Shown here: positions 37,901 to 64,000 of the stretch, piece by piece | Layout of the letters: each line of letters starts with the position of its first letter | Numbering within the stretch: the stretch's first letter is position 1 | From: Eledone cirrhosa | Taxonomy: Eukaryota | Direction of reading: 5' to 3' | Length of the DNA stretch: 64,000 nucleotides | NCBI GenBank assembly: GCA_964016885.1 | Contig: OZ024754.1 | Coordinates: 15,934,001 to 15,998,000 of the forward strand | Notes under the pieces: model-generated | Told to the model about the DNA's origin: nothing | Database searches by the model: none | Seen by the model: only the letters and a program-made list of their open reading frames with translations | Made by a program: the position numbers and the translations under genes

Positions 37901-40900
37901 ACCCTTCCCCAACACATGACCCAACCATCTCATTCCATTTCTCTTCACAACATCCACCACTGGTTCTACTCCTATCACTTCTCTAGTCACTTTCACCCTT
38001 CCCCAACACATGACCCAACCATCTCATTCCAATTCTCTTCACAACATCCACCACTGGTTCTACTCCTATCACTTCTCTAGTCACTTTCACCCTTCCCCAA
38101 CACATGACCCAACCATCTCATTCCAATTCTCTTCACAACATCCATCACTGGTTCTACTCCTATCACTTCTCTAGTCACTTTCACCCTTCCCCAACACATG
38201 ACCCAACCATCTCATTCCATTTCTCTTCACAACATCCACCACTGGTTCTACTCCTATCACTTCTCTAGTCACTTTCACCCTTCCCCAACACATGACCCAA
38301 CCATCTCATTCCATTTCTCTTCACAACATCCATCACTGGCTCTACTCCTATCACTTCTCTAGTCACTTTCACCCTTCCCCAACACATGACCCAACCATCT
38401 CATTCCATTTCTCTTCACAACATCCATCACTGGTTCTACTCCTATCACTTCTCTAGTCACTTTCACCCTTCCCCAACACATGACCCAACCATCTCATTCC
38501 ATTTCTCTTCACAACATCCATCACTGGTTCTACTCCTATCACTTCTCTAGTCACTTTCACCCTTCCCCAACACATGACCCAACCATCTCATTCCAATTCT
38601 CTTCACAACATCCATCACTGGTTCTACTCCTATCACTTCTCTAGTCACTTTCACCCTTCCCCAACACATGACCCAACCATCTCATTCCATTTCTCTTCAC
38701 AACATCCATCACTGGTTCTACTCCTATCACTTCTCTAGTCACTTTCACCCTTCCCCAACACATGACCCAACCATCTCATTCCATTTCTCTTCACATCCAT
38801 CACTGGCTCTACTCCTATCACTTCTCTAGTCACTTTCATCCTTCCTCAACAGATATTCCCAAACATTCATTAGTGGATCTATTCATGTGTATCCAGTTTA
38901 GAAAAGGTGGTGGTGGTGGTGGTGGTGGTGATGGTGGTGGTGATGGTGGTGGTGATGATGATGATGATGACAATGGTCATGTTGTAATTCATTTATTTTT
39001 GTTTCTTTTCTAAGGTGGACTTTATGGTGATACAACTTCTATAACAACAAGATTTCTTCCTTGGTTATCGCCTGAATTCATTTCTGGTGGTCGAGCTATA
39101 CTTCCCTCCTCTAGAATACAGTCGAGAGATCATCAACTAACATATCATCTCATGGAAGAGGAATTAAGATATATTCGTGCAGAGAATGCTATTCTTCGAG
39201 AGAAGTGAGTAGTTACCAGAAGTCTATATAGAGACATATACAATATGTTTGGAAGAGAAGTGAATATATATTAGAGATTTATATGAAGGAATACCAGCAT
39301 CATCATCATCATCATCACTTTTTAATGTTTATTTTCCAAGCAAGCATGGGTTAGATGGGCTATCATATTTAGTGTCTAGATAAGTCAGGTTGCTATGTCT
39401 TGCTCATATATTCCATTTTGGGGTTGGTTTCTATTGCTGGATGCCCTTTCTAATACTAACCATTTTACAGCATGCACTGGGAACATTTTTTCCGGCATAA
39501 ATGCTATGACAAAAATATAAATTAAAGTATGGTAATGATGATGAAATAAAAGTGCCCAGTCCACACTGTAATGTGGTTGTATAGGTGACATGACAAAAAG
39601 CACCCAGCACACACTGTAAATGTGGTTGGCATTAGGAAGGGCATCCAGTTGTAGAAACCAAGCCAAAATTTTCCCCGGGTGAGCGAAACATGGTCCTCTG
39701 ACCTGATTCTCTCCCTAAGAGTCAACCCATCCTACCCATGCTAGTATGGAAGATGGATGTTAAACGATGATGATGATGATATATATAATGATTTGAACTC
39801 AGAACTTAAAGGGCCATAACTCTATGCTGCAAAGCATGGTGTCTGACGTTCTACCAATACTGCCAAGCCAGATGAATAAATATATACAGTGAAATTCTGT
39901 TATAATGAAATTCATGGGGCATAAAAAAAATTTGTTGTAACGAAAAATTCTTTCTAACGAGATCAACCAAAATAAATTAAGCATTTGTTATTACCTCGGG
40001 GATTGAAAATATTTCATTATACTGAAAAATTTGTTGTGATGTATTCATTATAACAGAATTTTACCTGTATATATTTATGAGCTGCTAAAACACTTGTAAC
40101 TGAAATTATATATTTTTTCTACAAGTATTTTACTATATTTATTCTGTAATTATTAGAGCTAAGCTGGTTGTCCCAGAAACATCACTGAGCAATTTACAGG
40201 AACTTCAACAGGACAAAATCATAGAATGTTTTAAAGATATGTATTACACAGATAGAATGGATGCCATGAATGTATTGAAACTTTATTGTGAGGATCAAAT
40301 TAAAGTTGAAAAAATAATTTTTACTGTTTTTCAGGTGAGTTGATTTTACAATGATGAAAGGTGAAGTTGGTGAGGGTTTAGTAGTGTATTATTAAAAACA
40401 AGGGCCAGTTACATACTAAGTAATAAAAATACAGTTTAACCCTTTACCATTTAAACCAGTCATATCCGGGCTAGAATTCTCTCACCTCTTTTTGTTCAAA
40501 CCAGCCATAACCGGTCCCTAATTCTGCCGTTAAGGTATTGTTCTCAAAATAAATAATTGTTTCTACTTTTGTTACTGGTGCTTTATTTTATCAAATCTGT
40601 GGCGGGATTTGAACTCAGAACGCAAAGGGCCATAACTCTATGTTGCAAAGCATGGAGTCTGATGCTCTACCAATACTGCCAATATCAAAATCTTGTTGAT
40701 TCAATATTACATGAGATAATTATGTGAAATAAAGTCTTTACCGTGAAAATACAACAGTAAATATTGTAAATATAGAGTAATGTAATGCTAAAGGGTGAAA
40801 TGAATAATCCTGATGGCTTTGTTGTTATATTCTTCCATTTCGTTTTTCTTCAGTTTCTGTAAGATAATTTAGGTCTTACTACATATTACAAATTATTCAA

Positions 40901-43900
40901 TTTACAATTTGGAAACAGATGTGTTAGAGTTGATATTGTCAAAGTTTAATATCACTATAATGTAGAGAGCATACCTAGGGTTTCTTGGAACGACCACATC
41001 ATAAATGAAACCCTGTTTCTATGAAGCACTATATTCTATGAAAGCATAATGTTCTATGGAGTATCATGTTCTATATATCACAGTTTAATATCACTATAAT
41101 GTAGAGAGCATACCTAGGGTTTCTTGGAACGACCACATCATAAATGAAACCCTGTTTCTATGAAGCACCATATTCTATGAAAGCATAATGTTCTATGGAG
41201 TATCATGTTCTATGCCAATTCCACATCCTATAGAACCCCATATTCTATAAAAGTACTATGTTCTATGGAGCCCCATATTCTATAAAAGTACCATGTTATA
41301 TGAAAATACCATGTTCTATGGAACCCCTTGTTCTATGACAGTACCATATTCTATGATTTTAACTAACTTTAATATTTCTAGGATTGAAATATTTTCTTTA
41401 TAATCATGAAAATATTTTTATATACTCTTCATAATATTTCTATTTTCAACTGTCTTTAGAAAGCGTGTTCAGCTGGACGACTGCGTCTTCAACAATATAA
41501 AGCCAAACTTGGAAATTTACTTGATGGGAAACCTGATGGCTTTCACTCAAAAGAATTATTGGTTCAAGATTTTATCTTCAAGCTTTCTGGTCCCTATGAT
41601 TTGGGAGCTATTGTAACTGTAAGTTAACACACATTTCTGCTGACCCCTATAATCTAGGAGCTCATGTATCTCTAAGTTAACACACCTACCCACATAGCCC
41701 TCCCACACATACACCCACCCATCAGTCTGTAGCAGAACTACTTCATAACTTGCAACAACAATGTTTCATATGTGATTTGGTTAAACAAACCAATCGTATT
41801 AGATCACGTATGAATACATTGTTGCCTTCTCCTTATAAAACCTTGTAGTTCAGTAGAGAGAACTCTCTTGGACAGCAAGATGATAAGACATACTATGGAG
41901 TAGCTCCTGCATATTCCTCGTATTTTCCTGTAAAGAGGAACTATTTACCAAGACATATTCTACATCTTGGGAATTGTTCTATTACGGTATGAGATATTCA
42001 ACGTTTCCTGTTTTGTTCTAGACAGTATCTGCCTAGCTTCAACCTAATGACCAGTAATTGCTTTCATTTCTTATATCCTCCTGTGTATATAAATTTGGCT
42101 TTCTAACAATAAATATGTGTTTATATCGAATTGAGTGTTAAAAGAGATAATTATTTCTACATGGATGTCAGAAGCCTGTCACTGCAAGTAAAAGGTATTA
42201 ATAAGCATTTGACTCTCTTTTCATTATAAGTCCTCCCACAGACACATCTACCCACCCAGTCCTCCCACAGACACACCCATTAGGTGTTCTATCAGGGCAA
42301 CCGCTGTCAATTGTATTCTTTTATTAACACACTTGACACCACTTCAGCTTCTATGATATAAACTGTTTATTCTATATTGCTTTTATTAATCCAAAATCCT
42401 CCCATTATAATTTTATATTAGAACCTTTGTTAAGTTATGTTCCAAACACCAGGTTAATAATGAGAAAGTTAGTTATATTACTAAATCACTCCAAATTCTT
42501 AGCAATTTTCAAAATTACACTGTGTCACTTTAACCCTTAATATTTAAACCGGCCATATTTGGCCAGAATTCTCTCACCTCTTTCTGTTTAAACCGGCCAC
42601 TGATACTGATATTAAGGTATTGTTCTAAAAATAAATATCAAAATCTCATAGATTCGATATTATGTAAGATAAAGCCTTTACCACAAAAATATAATAGTAT
42701 ATATAGAGTAATGTAAATGCTAAAGGGTTAAATCAACATCCCACCACTCCACACTTTAAAATATTTAGCATAGTGTCTATGCTAGAAATCATTATTTAGA
42801 CTGTTATTTATAGAATTGTGAGATTTAATTTTCTATTACACATATGGTCTTTTTTTTAATTTTTTTTTTTTTATTATGTATAATCATTATTCCATCTAAC
42901 TCATTCAATTTCTCCATTTACTCTGTTAGGAGGTTATTGAACAAGCAGATTCCACGCTATACTATTTACTTCCAACTGGTTGCAGTGTTTCTCTAATTCG
43001 ATCATTTATTCGCAAAGCATGTAAACTTGGCTGGAATATGGCTTGCCTGGTTCCTCCTGTAGACATTGACTTTGGAATTGAGACAGTATTCAACCCAGTC
43101 AAGTACGTTCTTTTATACCAGTTATTTCATACAAGTTATATATAAACTATTTCATACCTATACTAGTTATTTGATACCAGTTATTTACACCAGTTTTCTA
43201 ACTAGTTATTTTATAACATCATTTTACACTAGTTATTTAATACCAGTTTTCATAATCATCTTTATTTTACGTCTGCTTTTCTTTGCTTGCAAGGCTGGGA
43301 TGGGTCCTATTCATCACAGTCCTTCGTCATCTCCTCCGTGAGCTTCAGCGATCTGAGGTCAGCTCTCACCACCTCCACCCATGTTTTTCGTGGTCTTCCT
43401 TGGCACTTTTTTACCCAGTAGTCATCTTCCATGCGCATCACATAGCCATTCCAGCACACTACAGTTTAACCTTCGTATACAGAGTTTCACTCAACTCGTT
43501 TATGCTTGGTCATTCATGCACATCCATCGGAGCATGCTTACTTCATTTCTCTCCAACCGTCGCGTATCCTCCACAGTTGCTGCTCATGTCTTACTGCTAT
43601 GTAGCATCACACATCTCACACAGGCATCATATAATTGGCCTTTTGTTCATAGGGAGAAACCCTTCATTGTCAACATAGGAAGCAGCTCCCTAAACTTCTT
43701 CCATCCCATCCTTATTCTAGATACTATGGCCTCGGAGCATCCTCCTCCCATGCTAATCTGATCACCTAGGTACTGGAAGCTATCAACCACCTCTATATAT
43801 CCTACCTGCATTGGAAAAATGTGTCTATCACTGCCACTTCTATCAAATTTCACTGCATACGTATTTCTCCCTACCTGTTAGTTTGCCTGCTATCCCACTA

Positions 43901-45735
43901 CATCTCTTGTGTACCCAAAATCTGCATTGTGTACATTCTATAGAGTTTATGCCAACACCTTTTCTACATATCGAACATGGCCATTTCCCTGATGGAATCA
44001 GAGTTTTGTCCTCTTTTCTACTTAACTAGCCTTTGCTAAGTTCACTCTGTCCTCTTGATGTTTCCATAGCCAGAATTTATTCTCTAGCTCCTCTACTGAT
44101 TCTACTATAAGAACCAGATTGTCAGGATAGAGAAGTTCCCATGGACAGCCACTCTTAAACTCCTCTGTTATGGCCTGGAGAACTATAATAAATAAGAGTG
44201 GGCTGAGGACTGAACCCTGATGAACTCCTACTTGTATCTGTAATTCCTCACTAAACTCCATTCCTACTCTCACTTTACTGACAGCACCTCTGTACAAAGT
44301 TTGCACTGCCCTCACAAGCCATTCCTCTACATTTAGTTTCCTTAGGGACCACCAGATGTCAGATCAGGGTACTCTATTAAAGGCCTTCTCTAGGTCAACA
44401 AAAGCTAAATATAGTGGCTTATTCTTCTCTAAGAACCTCTCTTGTAGTTGCCTCACCAAGAAGAGGGCATCTGTTGTACTTTTCCCCAGGCACAAAACTA
44501 AACTGCATCTCATCTAATTTGACTTTCTCTAATTAGTTGTGCTAGTAATACCAACTATTTTATACCAATTTAATAGAACTAGTTATTTCATAGTTATATT
44601 ATACTAGTTACTTTATATCAGTTATTTTGTGCAAGTTATTTCATACATGTTTTATACCAGTTATTTTTAATACTAATTATATGAAAATTATTTTATACTA
44701 ATTATACTTTTACACTGTTAATGCCCTATACCACATTAGCAAGACATTCTTAAAAGCTATAAACTGTATAGTGACTGCATCCCATTAAAGATTTATGTCT
44801 TTATTCTCAAACTGTAAAAGGTACTATAAACATTTGAATTAACAAGCTTGATTTTAGATACTTTCTAATAAATCCTTACATGATGTCAAGAGTTATAAGA
44901 TGTGCATTTATCTTCTTGAATTTAAGTATATTTTTTGCCTAATCCTCAGATATTGTCGCAGTATTAACTCTGATCCTAGAACTCGCATAATCAGCCATTA
45001 TATATGGCCATGTCTTTTCCTTGGTTCATCTTTGGCCAACAACAGAAAAGTTGTTTGCCAAGGGGAAGTGGAAACTCGAAGTACAGTTGATCAGGTAAAA
45101 TTTCAATTATCTATATGAATAATTACACTATTTTGTGAGAGTACATGACTTAGTAGTTATAGTGTAAGGTTGAGAGTCTAATTTGCAGTCAAGAATCCTG
45201 TTGATGCTACAGTACGATTTAGAAACGGGCTGAAGACAATGGCTCTTAATTTTACAATTAAGAAATATTGTGTAAATATGTATGGACCAGCAACTCTTGT
45301 AAGAGTTGTAGGGTTGCTGTAGTGACATTAGGCTTTTTAAACCTGGCACAGCCCATTCCTTTCCAGGTCTGATTTCTTCCAGAGAAGGGAGAGAGGAAAT
45401 GAGAAAGATATAGAAGAATTGATCCCAGTACTGAACTGATAATTTTTCTAATTGACCATGGAAGGATGAAAGGCAAAATTGACCTCAGTGGGATTTGAAC
45501 TGAAAGTGCAGAAAGCCAGAATAAATATCGCAGTGCAGTGCCGTTGACGAGATAACTCATCCTAACATGTACGCACTCCAATGCCACGGACGAGATAACC
45601 CGTGCTAATGTTTGAACTCTTTTCCAACAGTTCATAACTTCAAAGCTAGGTGAGGTTACTAGTTTATTGATGTGACATTTGTCAATCATTCAGATGTGTT
45701 GTTAATAAATGTTTGTTTAAAAAGTCATTTTACTG

Positions 45736-45771
<36 letters not shown>

Positions 45772-45910
45772 ACAACAACTGTAGCTGTGTAAAATATATG
45801 TGGCAGTCAACAGGTTAATGACTGCCAATTATGTTAATATACTAATGTTTTATTTTAAATTATCTTTCTAGAGAAGTTACAGCAGTAGAAGTACATTGCC
45901 TCACCACTGA
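13138..45910 (+). CDS. SPATA18: Mitochondria-eating protein (Mieap/SPATA18) homologue, 8 coding exons, 359 aa (gene span)
   Basis: Exons 13138-13227, 35112-35217, 39015-39204, 40157-40334, 41460-41618, 42930-43102, 44950-45094 and 45872-45910 splice GT-AG in frame (1080 nt). Motifs MAEDRLKRL, RCCEILE...QSAAEGG, RFLPWL, RMDA, MACLVPPVDI, YCRSINSD, YIWPCL and GEVETR follow vertebrate Mieap as recalled (MAENLKRL, AAAQEGG, RLLPWL, RLDA, PPLDI, YRRSYDSD, VWPAL, KGEAVTR). Confidence 0.92.
13563..13834 (-). mobile_element. Nin-like SINE plus adjacent partial duplicate
   Basis: Same sequence as 12649-12836; 3' part repeated at 13763-13834. Confidence 0.8.
14020..14313 (-). mobile_element. tRNA-head SINE with CORE-like and V-like domains
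   Basis: A box TGGCTTAGTGG, B box GTTCAATTC, CCTTGAGCAAGACACTTT, then CCTGCGATGGACTGGCGTCCTGTCCAGGGG. Domain names are from memory. Confidence 0.8.
15400..15815 (+). mobile_element. Degenerate LINE (RTE-like) RT C-terminal fragment
   Basis: Remnant peptides LKQLEKFKY, RIAKA, KAKLAVF, AEMG, IERSQLRYY. Confidence 0.6.
15835..16308. repeat. G/T-rich ~30-bp minisatellite (GGGTAAARTGGTAGGTAAAATAATTATTGT)
   Basis: Directly visible imperfect tandem units. Confidence 0.85.
16690..17035 (+). mobile_element. Gypsy aspartic-protease remnant
   Basis: RFLIDTEVEVSVIP (decayed FLxDTGAxxSxIP) and YTWTFTVADAQQPIIGTGFLRAHSLL. Confidence 0.7.
17036..17100 (-). other. Degenerate minimal hammerhead motif in a Penelope-like repeat
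   Basis: Minus strand TTGATGA-A-GGA-GTAGTG-TCC-GAAA-CGTTA; an internally deleted relative with CTGATGAAGGAG lies at 1626-1668. Confidence 0.45.
17330..20874 (+). mobile_element. RTE-clade LINE, near full length (subfamily A), multiply frameshifted
   Basis: APE (NVGTL, CCIQETRW, GDLNGH, IDY, SQH), RT (QFGF, QGSVLSP, YADD), Cys/His finger, (GAT)n tail; 5' boundary approximate. Confidence 0.95.
21503..21840 (+). mobile_element. Composite SINE: tRNA head, CORE-like domain, module shared with RTE 3' UTRs, RTE-type tail
   Basis: A and B boxes; middle matches 29130-29300; tail matches the reverse complement of 43255-43305. Confidence 0.8.
21983..22177. repeat. 49-bp perfect inverted repeat (21983-22031 / 22129-22177)
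   Basis: atacattaaaatatatgataaacacaaaacgtgtttgcattgtaacaga and its reverse complement. Confidence 0.9.
22829..23263. repeat. 73-bp tandem repeat, 6 copies, each with a 51-nt hairpin
   Basis: Units start at 22829, 22902, 22975, 23048, 23121 and 23194. Confidence 0.95.
23800..24183. repeat. (CAT/CAC/AAT)n compound microsatellite
   Basis: Directly visible. Confidence 0.95.
24340..24922 (+). mobile_element. L1/Tx1-like LINE 3' fragment with (TTA)n tail
   Basis: ORF2 C-terminus-like LVAMAKEIVWWTR...RKIRVERE...FVERW, a 3' UTR, then a (TTA)n run. Confidence 0.6.
25005..25852. repeat. (CAC/CAA)n compound trinucleotide tract ending in (CAG)n
   Basis: Directly visible, about 850 bp. Confidence 0.95.
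26233..29405 (+). mobile_element. RTE-clade LINE (subfamily B), truncated in APE
   Basis: SAYAPQ, GDFNGH, 475-aa ORF fragment, YADD, Cys/His finger, several in-frame stops, (GAT)n tail. Confidence 0.95.
29463..29496 (+). other. CpG-decayed minimal hammerhead motif
   Basis: TTC-CTGATGA-A-GGA-CTTCCA-TCT-GAAA-TGTA-GAA; restoring two CpG transitions gives TCCGAAACGTA. Confidence 0.45.
29582..34751 (+). mobile_element. Non-autonomous Helitron-like element with 167-bp inverted repeats and an internal satellite
   Basis: 5' A|TCTCTCTATATATAAAA, 3' short hairpin then CTAG|T (34748-34752); inverted arms 29588-29754 and 34398-34564 with about 3 mismatches. Confidence 0.6.
30270..34352. repeat. 42-bp tandem array, about 97 copies (GTGTGTCTGTCTTAGTATATGTATGTGAGAGTGTATGTCTAT)
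   Basis: Directly visible; 798-bp (19-unit) higher-order duplication. Confidence 0.97.
35112..35217 (+). CDS. SPATA18: SPATA18 exon 2 (INSSDENVMRCCEILELNTHIQQELLNLLNQSAAE)
   Basis: ttaatag| acceptor, G|gtaagt donor, phase 0 to 1. Confidence 0.9.
35259..38845. repeat. 94-bp tandem array, about 38 copies, filling SPATA18 intron 2
   Basis: Period measured 35353 to 35447; near-identical units differing mainly at three variable positions. Confidence 0.97.
39015..39204 (+). CDS. SPATA18: SPATA18 exon 3 (GGLYGDTTSITTRFLPWL...LRYIRAENAILREK)
   Basis: Pyrimidine tract + ctaag| acceptor, AA|gtgagt donor, phase 1 to 2. Confidence 0.9.
40157..40334 (+). CDS. SPATA18: SPATA18 exon 4 (AKLVVPE...FKDMYYTDRMDAMNVL...KIIFTVFQ)
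   Basis: ttag| acceptor, CAG|gtgagt donor, phase 2 to 0. Confidence 0.9.
40436..40799. mobile_element. piggyBac-like MITE with a nested Nin-like SINE fragment
   Basis: ttaaccctttacc...aatgctaaagggtgaa interrupted at about 40555-40680 by SINE sequence. Confidence 0.7.
40943..41360. repeat. 139-bp direct duplication plus ~18-bp degenerate minisatellite (ccatgttctatg...)
   Basis: 40943-41073 is repeated at 41082-41213. Confidence 0.85.
41460..41618 (+). CDS. SPATA18: SPATA18 exon 5 (KACSAGRLRLQQYK...VQDFIFKLSGPYDLGAIVT)
   Basis: tttag| acceptor, |gtaagt donor, phase 0/0. Confidence 0.9.
42530..42731. mobile_element. piggyBac-like MITE
   Basis: TTAA at both ends, ccctta...taaaggg TIRs. Confidence 0.75.
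42930..43102 (+). CDS. SPATA18: SPATA18 exon 6 (EVIEQAD...FIRKACKLGWNMACLVPPVDIDFGIETVFNPVK)
   Basis: ctgttag| acceptor, AA|gtacgt donor, phase 0 to 2. Confidence 0.9.
43255..44545 (-). mobile_element. RTE-clade LINE fragment (older subfamily C), inside a degenerate ~17-bp minisatellite
   Basis: GVHQGSVLSPLLF, WELLYPD, RMGWKKFRELLP on the minus strand; tataccagttattt-like repeats on both flanks. Confidence 0.92.
44950..45094 (+). CDS. SPATA18: SPATA18 exon 7 (YCRSINSDPRTRIISHYIWPCLFLG...VVCQGEVETRSTVDQ)
   Basis: cctcag| acceptor, CAG|gtaaaa donor, phase 2 to 0. Confidence 0.92.
45872..45910 (+). CDS. SPATA18: SPATA18 terminal coding exon (RSYSSRSTLPHH*)
   Basis: tctttctag| acceptor, TGA at 45908-45910; Arg/Ser-rich tail as in Mieap. 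Confidence 0.75.
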   Translation, partial: RSYSSRSTLPHH

Positions 45911-47529
45911 CCAAGAGACAGGCTGATATCAAAATACTTTGAAAATATATATTATTAATGTTACAATAACACCAGTCTAGAATTGAAGAAGAAATAGTAA
46001 AGAAGATAATTATTTATATCTCATTAGCTATTCATTATTCATTATAAGGGAGAGAATATTAGTCAGACATTTTTCCCATTTAATTTTAAAACATTAACTG
46101 ACACATCAAAAAGCACCTAGTCCACTTTGTAGGGTGGTCGTGCTGGTGACATGACAAAAAACACCCAGTCCACTCTGTTAGATGGTCATTTTGGTGTCAT
46201 GATAAAAAGCACCCAGTCCACACTGTAACGTGGTGGGCATTAGGAAGGGTATCCAGCCATAGAAACTAAGTCAAATACAGATCCGTATGAGCATGATATG
46301 GTCTCTGGTCCTGACTTGTCTCATAACGTGACAACCCGTCTAACCCATGCTTGGAAAAATAGACGTTAAATGATGATGATGATGGCACTAATAAAATCAA
46401 CGAATGCTTTGAGGCAATTTTCCCTGTCAAAGCAGGGGGTTAGTTTTGTGGGCCTTCATGACATGTTAGTGATCATGGGGTTGATTTTAAGATGCCCTTC
46501 CTTATGCCAATCCTTTTAGTCACCTCACAACATGCAGGGATACAGTGTACCTATTTAAACTAGATACACATTAACAAAAATTAAGAAGAAAATAAAGAAA
46601 AATGAAAACAACAAACAAACAAAATAATTACTATATTTGTTTGTATTATAAAATCAGTAAATTTAGCATTTATCTAGTCTGTTGACAATCCTTCTAGCCC
46701 TTGTTAGTAGGGGAAAGCCAAACAACAATGATGATGACTCCATAATTGCAGACTGTGTTTCAAATATTTTTTTTTCTCTTCTGTATGATGTTATATGAGA
46801 AATAAAAATATTTGAAAGATATTTTGAAAGAGTATTGTTTTACTAAGTGTTGACATTTTTAAAAACCCCTTGGCATTTAAACCAGCCATATTCAGCCAAA
46901 ATTCTCTCCCCCTTTTCTGTTCAAACTGGCCATAACCAGCTTTAAGATATCGATCTCAAAATAAACAATGTCATCAAAATCTCAGTAGATTCGATATTAT
47001 ATGAGATAAATGCTTTACTGTGAAAATACAATAGTAAATGTAGGTTAATGGAAATGCTAAAGGGTTACATTTTAAATCCTAGTATTTGTAACACATGTAA
47101 GGTAAGTATTTAAACCTGTTTATGCCAACTCAATCAAAAACTGGTTTTGGTTCTATAAAACAAAACCATCCATTTAAATTAAAACCTTCCAACAATTCCA
47201 AGGACACCAACAGATAGAGACTCCCAACATCTACAACACCATCACAAACTAACCCCTAAAGACATAAACAACAACCCACAGGAAATCCCTCCGAGAAGCT
47301 CTTCCTCTGTCAACCACTCCCACAAACACTCGACCACACCCCTGATTTTGATGCCTTAGACATGGGAACCAAGAATTGTCTTATGAGTCCAGCACAACCA
47401 GACATGGGAACCAAGAAGTGTCTTATGAGTCAAGCACTGTAACCATCAGATGCTATTAAAAAGAAATTAACTCCAGATCAATACACATTATATGTTTAAT
47501 GATAAAATATCATACACAATATATTTACA

Positions 47530-47993
47530 TAGTGTTAAAAGGAAGAGGCTATGTAGCCGGTCCCATTCAAATAGACTCCCAGGCGCTATTTAGCCGGTAA
47601 GAGTGTCAGACACCATGAGTTGCGACCCAAGCTAAGACAATTTGAAATCTTTTCCACCATCAATTGTTAAAAAACAAGATAAAATCATTTAGTTATCATC
47701 TTATAATTCCGCTTGTGTTGTCCATTGATAACGTACGTTACACTTTAGTTACATACACTCATGGCTACTGAGTTCCATAGCTTAAATTTTATAGCAGAAA
47801 GACATGACCTAGGTTAAAGGTTGTAGTCACTACCTGGGTTCTAAAACACTAATAATTTAATGGTAAAATAAGCTTCCGGGATCTCGGCTAGAGTTGCGTC
47901 CCTTTAGGGTTTACCAGTAAAATAAGCTTAAAAAGGATGTTTGTCTATTTTGCCGGGACTGGTTATGTAGCCTATTCCGTGTTAAAAAGGTTG
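47530..47993. mobile_element. MITE-like element with subterminal inverted repeats
   Basis: aggctatgtagccggtccc...aaatagac mirrored by gtctatttt...gggactggttatgtagcct. Confidence 0.5.
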
Positions 47994-48029
47994 AATGTTT
48001 CAATAATTAAGAATTTTTTTTTCTGTACA

Positions 48030-63978
<15,949 letters not shown>

Positions 63979-64000
63979 CTAAAAATAGAAATAATTACAA

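Noticed and set aside
35259-38845. CRISPR-like regular array
   Set aside because: Units are contiguous with no unique spacers, in a eukaryotic intron with no cas genes; the same applies to the 73- and 42-bp arrays.

Overview
AT-rich, repeat-dense animal genomic DNA, most likely Octopus or another coleoid cephalopod (inferred from the SINE and RTE families). Two intron-containing genes can be assembled by hand with phase-compatible GT-AG splice sites. (1) A complete + strand SPATA18/Mieap homologue: 8 coding exons, 13138-45910, 359 aa, lacking most of the vertebrate central coiled-coil region. (2) A convergent - strand shugoshin: 9 exons visible, 48030-63978, over 1120 aa, 5' end outside the window, with the PP2A-binding coiled coil, SGO motif, KEN box and a C-terminal D-box. 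One or two exons of an unidentified + strand gene may lie at 2.4-3.9 kb. The rest is transposon and tandem-repeat DNA: about 8 RTE LINE copies (most showing a PHD-like finger), a decayed Mag-like Ty3/Gypsy element, tRNA-head SINEs, piggyBac-like MITEs, a Helitron-like element carrying a 42-bp satellite, and 94-, 73- and ~46-bp arrays. Most notable observations: the Gypsy element has no tRNA PBS but a 12-nt site complementary to its own LTR (Tf1-like self-priming geometry); there are several hammerhead-ribozyme motifs, including a near-canonical one and a U3-A8 covariant one; and an array of hairpins displays let-7 seed matches. All calls were made by eye and no searches were run.
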